Assembly: GCA_031549385.1 (NCBI GenBank)
Contig: JAVBPW010000001.1
Span: forward strand, 352,001 to 416,000
Origin: Alphaproteobacteria bacterium
Lineage (GTDB): Bacteria > Pseudomonadota > Alphaproteobacteria > Rs-D84 > SZUA-605
Reading direction: 5' to 3'
DNA: 64,000 bases
Part shown: piece after piece, positions 1-10,147 of the stretch
How the letters are laid out: every line of letters begins with the position of its first letter
Numbering within the stretch: the stretch's first letter is position 1
Program-made: the position numbers and the translations under genes
Notes under the pieces: generated by a model
Database searches by the model: none
Seen by the model: the letters and a program-made list of their open reading frames with translations, nothing else
Told to the model about the DNA's origin: nothing

Positions 1-582
1 ACACCAGAACGTCCAGTTGATAAACCATTCTTGATGCCAGTTGAAGACGTGTTTTCAATCACAGGTCGTGGTACAGTGGTAACTGGAAGAGTTGAAACAG
101 GTGTTATCAAAGTTAATGATGAAGTTGAAATCGTTGGTATTAGACCTACACAAAAAACAGTTGTTACAGGTGTTGAAATGTTTAGAAAACTTTTAGACCG
201 TGGTGAAGCTGGAGATAATTGTGGATTATTACTTCGTGGAACAAAAAAAGAAGATGTAGAACGTGGTCAAGTTTTGGCTAAAACAGGTTCCATCACTCCA
301 CATAAGAAATTTGAATGTGAATGCTATATTTTGACAAAAGATGAAGGTGGACGTCATACTCCATTCTTCTCAAACTATCGTCCACAATTCTATTTCAGAA
401 CAACTGACGTTACAGGAACAATCAAATTGCCAGATGGTGTTGAAATGGTTATGCCAGGAGACAATATCAAAATGACAATTGAATTGATTAATCCTATCGC
501 TATGGCAGAAGGTCTACGTTTAGCTATCCGTGAAGGTGGAAGAACAGTAGGTGCTGGAGTTGTTACAAAAATTATTGAATAA
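1..582 (+). CDS. tuf: Elongation factor Tu, 5'-truncated at the window edge
   Basis: EF-Tu domain II/III sequence ([44 protein letters not shown]); frame open from position 1. Confidence 0.99.
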   Translation, partial: TPERPVDKPFLMPVEDVFSITGRGTVVTGRVETGVIKVNDEVEIVGIRPTQKTVVTGVEMFRKLLDRGEAGDNCGLLLRGTKKEDVERGQVLAKTGSITPHKKFECECYILTKDEGGRHTPFFSNYRPQFYFRTTDVTGTIKLPDGVEMVMPGDNIKMTIELINPIAMAEGLRLAIREGGRTVGAGVVTKIIE

Positions 583-603
583 TTGTTTGTAAGACTAATA
601 GTT

Positions 604-633
604 AAAATGAGCCTGAAATATGGCTCATTTTTT
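604..633 (+). terminator. Intrinsic terminator after tuf
   Basis: AAAATGAGCC-N8-GGCTCATTTT followed by T tract. Confidence 0.85.
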
Positions 634-702
634 GTTGTTTGAAATACAAATTTTACAATATAAATAAAATTGACATTTTATTAATTATTTGTCAATTAAT
701 TA

Positions 703-763
703 TTGACAAATGGTATTTTGTATGCTATATTATAATAGTATTAATAATAAACCTAAATAATAT
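703..763 (+). promoter_or_regulatory. sigma70-type promoter and SD-less leader of cassette gene 764
   Basis: TTGACA(703)-17-TATATT(726) with TG extension; AAACCTAAA at 749-757; no GGAG. Confidence 0.75.
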
Positions 764-1264
764 ATGAAAAAGTTAGTTTTTTTGACCTTAATGGTCGTTG
801 TGTTAGTGTTCGGAGTTAGTTGTAATCGTAATCAGATTGCGCAAAAGCAGGTTGCTTACCGTATAGTTGTTACTGGTGGTGATAAACCAGAAGTGTTCGA
901 ACGGGTATTTCAAGAACCAGATGGTGCGTATCGGGATTATTTTGCTCAGAAAGCTCAAAACTTTTTGACCAAAGTGGAAAGAGACTATCTTTCTTTTATC
1001 GGATGTAAGCCGTTTGGAAGATTGGTTGTTTTTGAACTTTATCTGTTGGTTAATGGTGAAGAAGTTTGGATGCAAACTGAACGCCAATGGGTTTCGCCAT
1101 GTTCTGATTGTGGACAAAATCAGGCGGAAGTAAAACCAACACCAAAGCCAAATAGGCCGGTGCAGGTTAAGCCTAATCCTGGTAATCAACATCCTGTTGA
1201 AACTTACCCTTGCCCTCCGCAACAAGAAAGAACTATTCCTTTACCTGATAATAAATATTATTAG
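764..1264 (+). CDS. Hypothetical lipoprotein with Pro/Gln-rich tail (cassette class)
   Basis: 166 aa ORF, signal peptide ending VSC, own promoter, terminator AGCAGACC-ATCG-GGTCTGCT-T at 1282-1307. Confidence 0.8.
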   Translation: MKKLVFLTLMVVVLVFGVSCNRNQIAQKQVAYRIVVTGGDKPEVFERVFQEPDGAYRDYFAQKAQNFLTKVERDYLSFIGCKPFGRLVVFELYLLVNGEEVWMQTERQWVSPCSDCGQNQAEVKPTPKPNRPVQVKPNPGNQHPVETYPCPPQQERTIPLPDNKYY

Positions 1265-1395
1265 AAGGTAAGGAGCTTATGAGCAGACCATCGGGTCTGC
1301 TTTTTTTATTTTCTAATCTTTGTTGACAAAATATTTTTTAATGGTTAGAATTAAGGTTCTATTTATAAATAAACTTAATTAAAAACCTAAAGAGT

Positions 1396-1662
1396 ATGAG
1401 CAAAATGGAAATTACCGCCCTTTCAATTGGCGGAGGAGATGTAGAAATCTTAAATGGAGTTCAGGTAGCTGTTTTCGGTGTAAATACATTTGAAAAAAAG
1501 CTGCCGGGTGGTGAAGATGCTGTAATGTATCAATTTGCGGAAGCAAACAAGAAGATGATTGATTATTATCATCGAAACCAACTTGCTGGTGAGTACCAGC
1601 TTGAACTTATATCGGCAAAAGGTGAGCCGGTTGTAATTAAGAACTCATTTCTAAAGAATTAG
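1396..1662 (+). CDS. Hypothetical protein (cassette class)
   Basis: 88 aa ORF; TTGACA(1323)-17-TAGAAT(1346); AAACTTAA 1371 and AAACCTAAA 1383; terminator hairpin 1684-1718. Confidence 0.75.
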   Translation: MSKMEITALSIGGGDVEILNGVQVAVFGVNTFEKKLPGGEDAVMYQFAEANKKMIDYYHRNQLAGEYQLELISAKGEPVVIKNSFLKN

Positions 1663-1736
1663 TTTCTGTGTTTCAAATGGTGGTAGGTCGGAAGTCTTTG
1701 TATTTCCGGCCTATTTTTATTATTTTACAAAAGTAC

Positions 1737-1930
1737 TTGACAAAATGAAAATAGATTACTATGTTATGCATAGGTTTAGTATAAAAATTATAAATTACTT
1801 ACTACAAACAAAATTATAAAAATATTTTTTAGGTTTGATTATTATCGGGGTCCACGGGGACCCTTCTTTGACAAAACAGTTCATGTTTGTTAAGTTTATG
1901 TTAGGGGTTGCACGTGCAGCCCTTTTTTTA
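1737..1930 (+). ncRNA. Putative small RNA unit(s) carrying anti-leader sequences
   Basis: TTGACA(1737)-17-TATGTT; no plausible + strand gene; hairpin GGGTCC/GGACCC 1848-1863 + TTCTTT; second TTGACA(1868)-17-TAAGTT; hairpin GGGTTGC/GCAGCCC 1905-1922 + T7. Confidence 0.55.
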
Positions 1931-2106
1931 TTACTTGGATTGATTCCAACCTCTTGTTTTTTGAGTCGTAATTTAACATTTTAATTGCTTTTTTTTCAAG
2001 AATCGTTTATTTTTAAGAAATGCGAAAAAAAACCTTGATTTTTGGTGACTTTTCGTTTAACTTACTTTGGCGATTAAAAAAATCGCTTGGTTTTGTTTGT
2101 TAATTT

Positions 2107-2182
2107 AGGGGTGTAGCTCAGTTGGTAGAGCGTTGGTCTCCAAAACCAAATGTCGGGGGTTCGAATCCTCTCGCCCCTGCCA
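2107..2182 (+). tRNA. trnW: tRNA-Trp (CCA)
   Basis: Cloverleaf AGGGGTG...CGCCCCT-G-CCA, anticodon loop CTCCAAA, GTTCGAATC T-loop; canonical position before secE. Confidence 0.97.
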
Positions 2183-2207
2183 AAAACATATGGAGTATGT
2201 GGTCAAA

Positions 2208-2414
2208 ATGAGTGATAAAAAGCGAATTTCTATAGTTGAATTTTTTTCCCAAGTAAAAGCTGAAGTTAAGAAAATTACATGGCCTTCTAGACAACAAGTT
2301 ATAATGTCTACAATATTGATTTTTGTAGTGTCTGTTATTGCTGCGTTGTTCTTCTTTGTAGTTGATCAACTTATTGTTTGGGTTATGAAAAATCTTTACA
2401 GTTTAGTGGGGTAA
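2208..2414 (+). CDS. secE: Preprotein translocase subunit SecE
   Basis: FFSQVKAEVKKITWPSR motif plus one TM helix; between trnW and nusG; start moved to ATG 2208 (longer ORF overlaps the tRNA). Confidence 0.95.
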   Translation: MSDKKRISIVEFFSQVKAEVKKITWPSRQQVIMSTILIFVVSVIAALFFFVVDQLIVWVMKNLYSLVG

Positions 2415-2418
2415 GAAA

Positions 2419-2958
2419 ATGGCTGAAAATATGGATTTTAAATGGTATGTTGCTCATGTTCAATCTGGATCAGAAGGAACTGTTGTAAAAGCTATTAATG
2501 AAAAAATAACACGTAAAGGTATGGAAAGTTTTTTTGATAAAATTTTAGTGCCTACTCATGAAGTGACTGAAGTTAAACTTGGTAAAAGAGTTAATACAGA
2601 AAAAAAATTCTTTCCAGGTTATGTTTTAATTAAAATGATTATGAATGATGAAACTTGGCATTTAGTTAAAGACTTGCCTAGAGTTTCTGGATTTTTAGGG
2701 GCTAATAATAAGCCTGTTGCTATTTCTGAAAAAGAAGCGATGAAATTGTTGAATGCTATCGAAGACCACAAGACAGGTTCTGTTTCTATGCTTACTTATG
2801 AAATTGGTGACGAAGTTAAAGTTATCGAAGGTCCTTTTGCTTCTTTTGTTGGAAGAGTTGAAGAAGTTGATAACGATAAACAAAGATTGAAAGTTTCTGT
2901 TTCTATATTTGGAAGACCGACTGAGGTTGAATTGGACTTCCTTCAAGTAGAAAAGTAG
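2419..2958 (+). CDS. nusG: Transcription termination/antitermination factor NusG
   Basis: KWYVAHV, FFPGYVLI, KOW motif GPFASFVG, SIFGRPT. Confidence 0.98.
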   Translation: MAENMDFKWYVAHVQSGSEGTVVKAINEKITRKGMESFFDKILVPTHEVTEVKLGKRVNTEKKFFPGYVLIKMIMNDETWHLVKDLPRVSGFLGANNKPVAISEKEAMKLLNAIEDHKTGSVSMLTYEIGDEVKVIEGPFASFVGRVEEVDNDKQRLKVSVSIFGRPTEVELDFLQVEK

Positions 2959-3082
2959 AAAAGCTTTGAAAATTTGCTGCAAAGTTGCAAAAGCAAATTT
3001 TTTATTTGGTCGACGTATGTTTAATACGCCTCCTGCATAAAAAATTAACTTTTACAATTTTCGCTAAACTTTGAAAGCTTTT
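2959..3082 (+). repeat. Palindromic element copy A (RPE-like)
   Basis: Long imperfect hairpin with AAAAGCTTT...AAAGCTTTT ends and CGTA-TGTTTAA-TACG core; homologous to 21057, 35727, 40651. Confidence 0.65.
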
Positions 3083-3148
3083 TTATAGACATATTTTTGA
3101 TATGAAAAAAATTAAAAGATTTTGGATAATGAAATGTTATCTGAAAAA

Positions 3149-3175
3149 GCGGAAGAAGTTGCCACTTCACACCGC
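3149..3175 (+). promoter_or_regulatory. rplK-rplA leader, probable L1-binding structure
   Basis: GCGG-AAG-AAGT-loop-ACTT-CACA-CCGC stem with asymmetric internal loop upstream of rplK. Confidence 0.55.
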
Positions 3176-3265
3176 GAGCTCCGGAGGCTAAAAAATAGTC
3201 TTGGAAATAAAATCTGGCATGCGCTGGGTATTAACAATAAAAAGTCGAAAGACAAGGAGTAAAAA

Positions 3266-3700
3266 ATGGCAGCAAAAGAAGTAATAAAAAATATTAAATT
3301 GCAGATCCCTGCTGGGGCTGCAAATCCATCTCCTCCTGTAGGTCCTGCTTTAGGACAAGCTGGTGTGAATATTATGGAATTTTGTAAAGCATTTAATGAC
3401 AAAACATCATCTTTGGAAAAAGGTATGGTTGTTCCTGTTGTGATTGAGGTTTATAAAGATAAATCTTTCTCATTTGTAACTAAACTTCCTCCTGTTTCTT
3501 ATATGATTAAGAAAGCATTAAATTTAGGCAAAGGATCTAAGACTGCTGGTCGTGGAGAATCTGTTGCTAAAATTACAAAAAAACAAATAACTGATATAGC
3601 AACTGCTAAGATGCCTGACCTTAATTGCGTTGAAGTTTCTTCAGCTTATAATATCGTTGCAGGACAATGCGTTTCTATGGGCATTGCAATAGAGGAGTAA
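3266..3700 (+). CDS. rplK: 50S ribosomal protein L11
   Basis: [23 protein letters not shown]; SD AAGGAG. Confidence 0.99.
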   Translation: MAAKEVIKNIKLQIPAGAANPSPPVGPALGQAGVNIMEFCKAFNDKTSSLEKGMVVPVVIEVYKDKSFSFVTKLPPVSYMIKKALNLGKGSKTAGRGESVAKITKKQITDIATAKMPDLNCVEVSSAYNIVAGQCVSMGIAIEE

Positions 3701-3704
3701 GAAG

Positions 3705-4394
3705 ATGGCTAAAATATCAAAAAGAATGAAAAAAGTTTATGAAGGACTTGATAGAAATAAAATTTATCCAGTGGATGAAGCTATCAATATTTTATTAGAA
3801 AGAAAATCTACAAAATTTGATGAAACTGTAGAAATTAGTGCAACTCTTGGAATTGATACTAAAAAATCAGATCAAATTGTACGTGGAATGCTTACTCTTC
3901 CAAATGGAACAGGAAAGTCTTATAAAGTAGCTGTGTTTGCTAAAGGCGATAAAGCACAAGATGCTGTTAAGGCTGGAGCTGATCTTGTTGGTGATGAAGA
4001 TTTAGCAGAAAAAATATTAAAAGGTGAATTAGGTTTCGATCGTGTTATTGCTACTCCTGATTTGATGACAGTTGTTGGAAAAGTTTCTAAAATTTTAGGA
4101 CCTAAAGGTTTAATGCCAAATCCAAAATTAGGAACTGTTACTTTAAATATTGCTGAAGCTGTTAAGTCTGCTAAAGCTGGACAAATTGAATACCGTGCTG
4201 ACAAACAAAATATGGTGAATACTGGTATTGGTAAAGTTAGCATGAAAGATAAAAAAATAAAAGAAAACTTGCTTGCATTAGTTGATGCTTTGAAAAAAGC
4301 TAAACCTGCTACTTCAAAAGGAACTTACTTGAAACAAGTTGTTTTAAGTACTTCTATGGGTGCTGGTCTTAAATTAGATACTAGAGATTTGTAA
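3705..4394 (+). CDS. rplA: 50S ribosomal protein L1
   Basis: KFDETVE, LGPKGLMPNPKLGTVT; SD GAGGAG. Confidence 0.99.
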   Translation: MAKISKRMKKVYEGLDRNKIYPVDEAINILLERKSTKFDETVEISATLGIDTKKSDQIVRGMLTLPNGTGKSYKVAVFAKGDKAQDAVKAGADLVGDEDLAEKILKGELGFDRVIATPDLMTVVGKVSKILGPKGLMPNPKLGTVTLNIAEAVKSAKAGQIEYRADKQNMVNTGIGKVSMKDKKIKENLLALVDALKKAKPATSKGTYLKQVVLSTSMGAGLKLDTRDL

Positions 4395-4445
4395 GTAAAA
4401 AAAGAATTTGATTAAACTTTTTATGAAGTTCAATCAAAACGATAC

Positions 4446-4530
4446 CCTGTCGAAGATTGCCGGTGGTGGTAATAAATTGAAAGCAATTTTAAATTATTAT
4501 TAACCTTAATGAAGCCTGCATGAGACTGAT
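4446..4530 (+). promoter_or_regulatory. rplJ (L10) leader
   Basis: CCTGTCGAAGA..GCCGGTG...TTAAT...CCTGCATGAGAC pattern resembling proteobacterial L10 leaders, upstream of rplJ. Confidence 0.6.
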
Positions 4531-4651
4531 GTCAAATGAATGAAAATTCAAATGATGAAAAGGATAAAACTAAAAAGTTATTCGGCGGGGATTATTAACC
4601 CGGGTTTTTATGAAAATGAAAACTTGATATTAACTTAAAGCGGAGAAAACT

Positions 4652-5131
4652 ATGAACCGAAAAGAAAAGGAAACTTGGATTTCTGATGTTGCTCTTGATT
4701 TAAAAAATTCTGAAACTGTTTATGTTGCAGACTATAAAGGTTTGACAGTAAAAGATTTAGAAATTTTGAGAAAAAAATTAAGAGAAACTAACGGAAAACT
4801 TAAGGTTGTAAAAAATAGGCTCATGCGTTTGGCTCTTAAGGGTACAAACTTCGAATCTACTGCAGATAATTTTAAAGGTACAACTTTAATTGCATTTGCT
4901 GGAGATAGTATTTCTATGGCAAAAGTTTTAGATAATTTTTGCAAAGAAAACGAATCTTTGAAAATCCTTTGTGGTGTTATGGGAAATGAATTTTTTGATG
5001 CTAAAGGCGTTAAAGAATTAGCATCTCTTCCAACACTTGATGAAGCTCGTGCAAAAATACTTGCAGTGTTACAAACACCTGCTGGCAACGTTGCTAGAGT
5101 TTTAAAAGCTTACGCTGATAAAGCCGCATAA
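4652..5131 (+). CDS. rplJ: 50S ribosomal protein L10
   Basis: DYKGLTV, KVVKNRL, LASLPTLDEARAK. Confidence 0.98.
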   Translation: MNRKEKETWISDVALDLKNSETVYVADYKGLTVKDLEILRKKLRETNGKLKVVKNRLMRLALKGTNFESTADNFKGTTLIAFAGDSISMAKVLDNFCKENESLKILCGVMGNEFFDAKGVKELASLPTLDEARAKILAVLQTPAGNVARVLKAYADKAA

Positions 5132-5164
5132 TTAACCGAATAATTAAAAAAAGGAGTCAAAATA

Positions 5165-5533
5165 ATGGCTGATATTAAAAAAATAGTAGAAGATTTATCT
5201 AAGTTAACAGTGATGGAAGCTGCTGAACTATCTAAAGCTTTAGAAGAAGCTTGGGGTGTTAGTGCTGCTGCTCCTGTTGTTGCTGTTGCTGCTGCTGGAG
5301 CTGCTCCGGCTGCTGCTGAAAAATCTGAATTTACAGTTGTTCTTGCAAGTGCAGGTCAAGAAAAAATTAACGTTATCAAAGAAGTGAAAACTATCACAGG
5401 TCTTGGTTTGAAAGAAGCTAAAGATTTAGTTGATGGTGCTCCAAAAACTATCAAAGAAAACGTTCCTGCAGCTGAAGCAGAAGCTATGAAAAAAACATTA
5501 GAAGCTGCTGGTGCTACTGTAGAACTTAAATAA
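5165..5533 (+). CDS. rplL: 50S ribosomal protein L7/L12
   Basis: Ala-rich hinge, [20 protein letters not shown]. Confidence 0.99.
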   Translation: MADIKKIVEDLSKLTVMEAAELSKALEEAWGVSAAAPVVAVAAAGAAPAAAEKSEFTVVLASAGQEKINVIKEVKTITGLGLKEAKDLVDGAPKTIKENVPAAEAEAMKKTLEAAGATVELK

Positions 5534-5597
5534 AATAATTTTAGTGAAGAAGGGGATTCTTTCCTCTTCTTTGCTGAATAACAACCGGGAAAATTAT

Positions 5598-5990
5598 ATG
5601 AAACAAAACTATAATAATAACCAAAACTATAATAATAGAAATTTTCAACAAAATCATAATAAAAAGCATTACAGTGGCGTAATTAATAAAATCGTCGCTC
5701 TTGTTTTTTTCTTACTTTTAGCTTGGGCTGTTTATGATGTTGCGGGATTGATTCAACCTACTTTAGTTTCTCGAAAAGCAGATATTTTATCTTGCGAAAA
5801 GAAATATGAAGCAGCTTGCAGAATGAATGAAGTTTTTTATAACTGCAAAGAAGAAAAAATGGCAACTCGTGAACAACAATTCAAAGACAAAAAATTATTA
5901 GTAAGAAGCGACATAAAACAAGAATTGTTTTTTCTTATCATTATGTTGATCACTTTATTTGCGTTTATTAGAATTAATAGAAAAAAATAA
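5598..5990 (+). CDS. Hypothetical 2-TM membrane protein with Asn/Gln-rich N-terminus, between rplL and rpoB
   Basis: ATG 5598; QNYNN repeat; two hydrophobic helices flanking a Cys-containing loop. Confidence 0.75.
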   Translation: MKQNYNNNQNYNNRNFQQNHNKKHYSGVINKIVALVFFLLLAWAVYDVAGLIQPTLVSRKADILSCEKKYEAACRMNEVFYNCKEEKMATREQQFKDKKLLVRSDIKQELFFLIIMLITLFAFIRINRKK

Positions 5991-6002
5991 TAAGGGGTTA
6001 AA

Positions 6003-9000
6003 ATGAAAACTTTTAGATACAATTTTGGTAAAACAAAATCTCCTATTGATATACCTGATTTATTGGAAATCCAATTAGAATCTTATGAAAAATTTTTACA
6101 AATGGATGTTAAACCTGAAGAAAGAAAAGATGAAGGTTTACAAGGTATTTTTAAAGAACAATTTCCTATCATTGACCAATCTTCAAATGCTGAATTGGAT
6201 TTTGTGAAATATGAAATTGCTAAACCTGAATATTCTATGGAAGAATGTATCAGACGTGATATGACATATAGCGGAAAACTTAGAGTGTTATTCCGTTTAA
6301 TTGTTTGGGACGTTGATGAAAATACTGGTGCTAAAACTATCCGTGATATTAAAGAACAAGATGTGTTTATGGGTGCTATTCCACTTATGACAAAAAGAGC
6401 TACTTTCATATTCAATGGAATTGAAAGAGTTGTAGTTTCACAATTACAACGTGCACAAGGTGTATTCTTTTCTAATGGTAAAGCTCATATTTCTGGTAAG
6501 GTTATTTATAATGCAAGAATTATTCCTTATCATGGTTCATGGTTAGATTTTGAATTTGATCATAAAGATATTTTATATGTGCGAATCGATAGACGTCGTA
6601 AACTTCCAGTGACTACTTTGCTTTATGCATTGCCTGGTAAAGAAGATGGTGATAATGCTGATGTTCGTGATGTTACTTTAAAAGGTATGAGCAAAAAAGA
6701 AATTTTAAAGAAATTCTATTTGATTAGACCTATTGAAAAAAGTGGTGAAAATTGGAAGACACCTTTCAAATCATCTCACTTTAATAAAACTTATAAATTA
6801 GTTCATCCTATTATTGATGCTGATACAAATAAAGTGTTAGTTGAAAAAGGTATGAGAATTAATGGAATTAAAGCTCAAAGATTAGAAAAAGAAGGATTGA
6901 AAAATTATATTCTAACATCTGAAGAATTAGTAGGATTTTATGTTTATGATGATATCGTTGATCCAAAAACAAATGAAGTAATCTTAAGTTCAGGTGATGA
7001 AATCACTGAAGAAGCTATGGCAAAAATTAATGCTGCTAAGATTTCAAAAATTACTACATTATATGTTGATCACGTTAACGTTGGTTCACATATTTTAGAT
7101 ACTTTGAATTTAGATAAAAATAATACAAGAGAAAAAGCATTGGCTGCTATTTATCAAGTAATGCGCCCAGGGGAACCTGCTACTATTGATGCTTCATCTG
7201 ATTTGTTTTATAAAATGTTCTTCGATCCATTAAGATTTGATCTTTCTGGAACTGGACGTTTCAAAATGAATAGAAGACTTGGTATTTCTTCTGAAGAAGC
7301 TCCTGAAGATTTAGGAACTTTGAGAAAAGAAGATATTCTTGTTACATTAAAAGAATTAATCAATATTAAAGATGGAAAAGCTGAAGTTGATGATATCGAT
7401 CACTTAGGTAATAGAAGAATCCGTTCAGTTGGTGAATTATTAGAAAATCAATACAGAATGACTTTTGTTAGAATGGAACGTCAAGTACGTGAAAAAATTG
7501 GTTCAATTAATATTGATACAGTTCAGCCACAAGATGTTATTAATGCAAGACCTGTTATTTCTATGTTGAAAGAATTCTTTGGTTCTGGTCAATTATCACA
7601 ATTGTTAGATCAAGATAATCCTCTTTCAGAATTAGATAATAAAAGAAGAATTTCAGCACTTGGACCATCAGGATTAACTTCTGATAGAGCAGGGTATGAA
7701 GTTCGTGACGTGCATCCAACTCATTATGGAAGAATTTGTCCTATTCAAACACCTGAAGGAGCTAATATTGGTTTGATTTCTTCTTTGGCTACTTATGCTA
7801 AAGTTAACCAATATGGTTTCTTAGAAACACCTTACAGAAAAGTTGCTAATGGTGTTGTTACTGATGAAGTTATTTATCTTTCTGCATTAGATGAAGGTAA
7901 ATATACTATTGCTCAGGCTAATGAAATTCTTACAGATAAAAATACTTTCAAAAATGACATGATTAATGTTAGACGTAATGGCGACTTTACTATGGTGCCA
8001 AAAAATGAAGCTGATTTGATGGACGTTTCTACATCTCAAATTGTTTCTGTGTCTACATCACTTATTCCTTTCTTGGAAAATGATGACGCTAACCGTGCTT
8101 TGATGGGATCAAACATGCAGAAGCAAGCTGTGCCTTTACTTCGTCCAGAATCTCCAATTATTGGAACTGGAATGGAAGCAAAAGCTGCGATTGATTCTAA
8201 AGCTGTTATGGTTGCTAAAAACAATGGTATTGTACAATCTGTTGATGGTAACCAAATCGTTATTAAAGTATTAGACTCAAAGAAAAAAGTTAAAGGTGTT
8301 GATATTTATACTTTAGATAAGTTTATTAAAACAACTAAAGAAACTTGTATAAATCAAAGACCTATGGTTAATGTTGGTCAAGAAGTTAAAGTTGGCGATG
8401 TGCTTGTAGATGGATATGCTACAGAACGTGGAGAACTTGCTTTGGGACGTAACATACTTGTAGCTTTCATGCCTTGGAATGGATACAATTTTGAAGACTC
8501 TATCTTAATCTCAGAAAGAATTGTGCGTGATGATGTGTTTACTTCTATTCATATTAAGGAATTTGAAGTTTCTGCTCGTGATACAAAATTAGGACAAGAA
8601 GAATTCACTCGTGATATTCCAAATGTTTCTGAAGAAGCTTTGAAGAACTTAGACGAATCTGGAATTATCTATATTGGTGCTAAAGTTAAAGCAGGGGATA
8701 TTCTTGTTGGTCGTGTAACTCCAAAAGGTGAAGGATTAGAAACTCCTGAAGAAAAATTATTGCGCACTATCTTTGGTGAAAAAGCTATGGATGTTCGTGA
8801 TGCATCTTTACGTATGCCTACTGGAACAGAAGGTACTGTTGTGGATGTTAGAGTATTCTCACGTAAGGGAGTAAAACAAGATGAACGTTCTTTGATTATT
8901 GAACAACAAGAAATCGAAAATTTAAAAGCTCAAAAAGAAGCTCAATTTAAAATTTATAAGGGTTCTTTTGTTGAACAAATGCAAGGTATTGTTGTTGGAA

Positions 9001-10133
9001 AAACTTTAGCAACTAATGTAAAAGGTTTTGGAAAGAAAGGTGATAAAGTTTCTAAAGAAGATTTAGAAAATGCTTCTGTTGCTTCTTTGAAAGCTTTGGT
9101 TGTTGATGATCCAAAAGTTCAAGAACAAATTAAAACAGTTATGGATGTTTATGAAAAACAATTAAAAGAAATTGAAGATATCTATAATAACCAAGTTGAA
9201 AAATTACGCCGTGGTGACGAATTAATGCCAGGAGTTTTAAAGTCTATTAAAGTTTCTGTTGCAATTAAAAGAAAATTACAACCAGGTGATAAACTTGCAG
9301 GACGTCACGGAAATAAGGGTGTGGTTTCTAAAGTAGTGCCACTTGAAGATATGCCTTATCAAGAAAATGGACAACCTATTGATATCATTCTTACACCACT
9401 TGGTGTGCCTTCACGTATGAACATCGGACAAATTTTGGAAACTCATTTAGGTTGGGCTTGCAAAGGTATTGGTGAACAAATTGGTGAAATTTATGCACAA
9501 TATTGTGATAAGAAAGCTTCTATCAATGAAGTTAGAGATGTTGTAAAAAGTTCTTATTCTTTGGAAGATCAAAATAAAATTGATGATCTATCTGATTCTG
9601 AATTTAAAGAACTTGCTTCTTATATTTCAAAGAAAGGTATTTCTATTGCTACTCCTGTGTTCGATGGAGCTAAACAAAATGATATTGAAAAATGGTTAGA
9701 AAAAGCTGGATTGGATAAATCAGGACAAGTTCAATTGTTTGATGGAAAAACTGGTGAACCATATGAAAGAAAAACAACTGTTGGATATTTGTATATCTTG
9801 AAGCTTCACCACTTAGTGGATGAAAAGATTCACGCTCGTTCAGTTGGATCATACTCTTTAGTTAACCAACAACCTCTTGGTGGAAAGGCTAACTTCGGAG
9901 GACAAAGATTCGGAGAAATGGAAGTGTGGGCATTAGAAGCTCATGGAGCATCACATATATTACAAGAAATTTTAACTGTTAAGTCTGACGACGTTGCTGG
10001 AAGAACTCGAGTTTATGAAACTATTGTTCGCGATGACAATAACTTTGAATCTGGTGTGCCAGAATCATTTAATGTGCTCGTTAAAGAAATGCAATCACTA
10101 GGTCTTAACGTTGAATTGAAAAAAGCTAATTAA
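6003..10133 (+). CDS. rpoB: RNA polymerase beta subunit
   Basis: [50 protein letters not shown]. Confidence 0.99.
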   Translation: MKTFRYNFGKTKSPIDIPDLLEIQLESYEKFLQMDVKPEERKDEGLQGIFKEQFPIIDQSSNAELDFVKYEIAKPEYSMEECIRRDMTYSGKLRVLFRLIVWDVDENTGAKTIRDIKEQDVFMGAIPLMTKRATFIFNGIERVVVSQLQRAQGVFFSNGKAHISGKVIYNARIIPYHGSWLDFEFDHKDILYVRIDRRRKLPVTTLLYALPGKEDGDNADVRDVTLKGMSKKEILKKFYLIRPIEKSGENWKTPFKSSHFNKTYKLVHPIIDADTNKVLVEKGMRINGIKAQRLEKEGLKNYILTSEELVGFYVYDDIVDPKTNEVILSSGDEITEEAMAKINAAKISKITTLYVDHVNVGSHILDTLNLDKNNTREKALAAIYQVMRPGEPATIDASSDLFYKMFFDPLRFDLSGTGRFKMNRRLGISSEEAPEDLGTLRKEDILVTLKELINIKDGKAEVDDIDHLGNRRIRSVGELLENQYRMTFVRMERQVREKIGSINIDTVQPQDVINARPVISMLKEFFGSGQLSQLLDQDNPLSELDNKRRISALGPSGLTSDRAGYEVRDVHPTHYGRICPIQTPEGANIGLISSLATYAKVNQYGFLETPYRKVANGVVTDEVIYLSALDEGKYTIAQANEILTDKNTFKNDMINVRRNGDFTMVPKNEADLMDVSTSQIVSVSTSLIPFLENDDANRALMGSNMQKQAVPLLRPESPIIGTGMEAKAAIDSKAVMVAKNNGIVQSVDGNQIVIKVLDSKKKVKGVDIYTLDKFIKTTKETCINQRPMVNVGQEVKVGDVLVDGYATERGELALGRNILVAFMPWNGYNFEDSILISERIVRDDVFTSIHIKEFEVSARDTKLGQEEFTRDIPNVSEEALKNLDESGIIYIGAKVKAGDILVGRVTPKGEGLETPEEKLLRTIFGEKAMDVRDASLRMPTGTEGTVVDVRVFSRKGVKQDERSLIIEQQEIENLKAQKEAQFKIYKGSFVEQMQGIVVGKTLATNVKGFGKKGDKVSKEDLENASVASLKALVVDDPKVQEQIKTVMDVYEKQLKEIEDIYNNQVEKLRRGDELMPGVLKSIKVSVAIKRKLQPGDKLAGRHGNKGVVSKVVPLEDMPYQENGQPIDIILTPLGVPSRMNIGQILETHLGWACKGIGEQIGEIYAQYCDKKASINEVRDVVKSSYSLEDQNKIDDLSDSEFKELASYISKKGISIATPVFDGAKQNDIEKWLEKAGLDKSGQVQLFDGKTGEPYERKTTVGYLYILKLHHLVDEKIHARSVGSYSLVNQQPLGGKANFGGQRFGEMEVWALEAHGASHILQEILTVKSDDVAGRTRVYETIVRDDNNFESGVPESFNVLVKEMQSLGLNVELKKAN

Positions 10134-10147
10134 AGGGGATAAGAAAG

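Noticed and set aside
749-757. Leader motif AAACYTAAA as a copy of the conserved rRNA segment AAACTYAAA
   Set aside because: Same-sense 9-mer similarity only, no flanking rRNA sequence; likely coincidence
1270-1326. AAGGAG + ATG 15-codon ORF after gene 764
   Set aside because: Runs through the terminator hairpin and T tract; probably incidental
2107-2182. Stop-codon reassignment (UGA=Trp)
   Set aside because: tRNA-Trp anticodon is CCA, long genes translate intact in the standard code, and TGA ends pth and dcd
2118-2369. Minus-strand 83-aa ORF and extended secE start at 2133
   Set aside because: Overlap tRNA-Trp and secE; shadow translations
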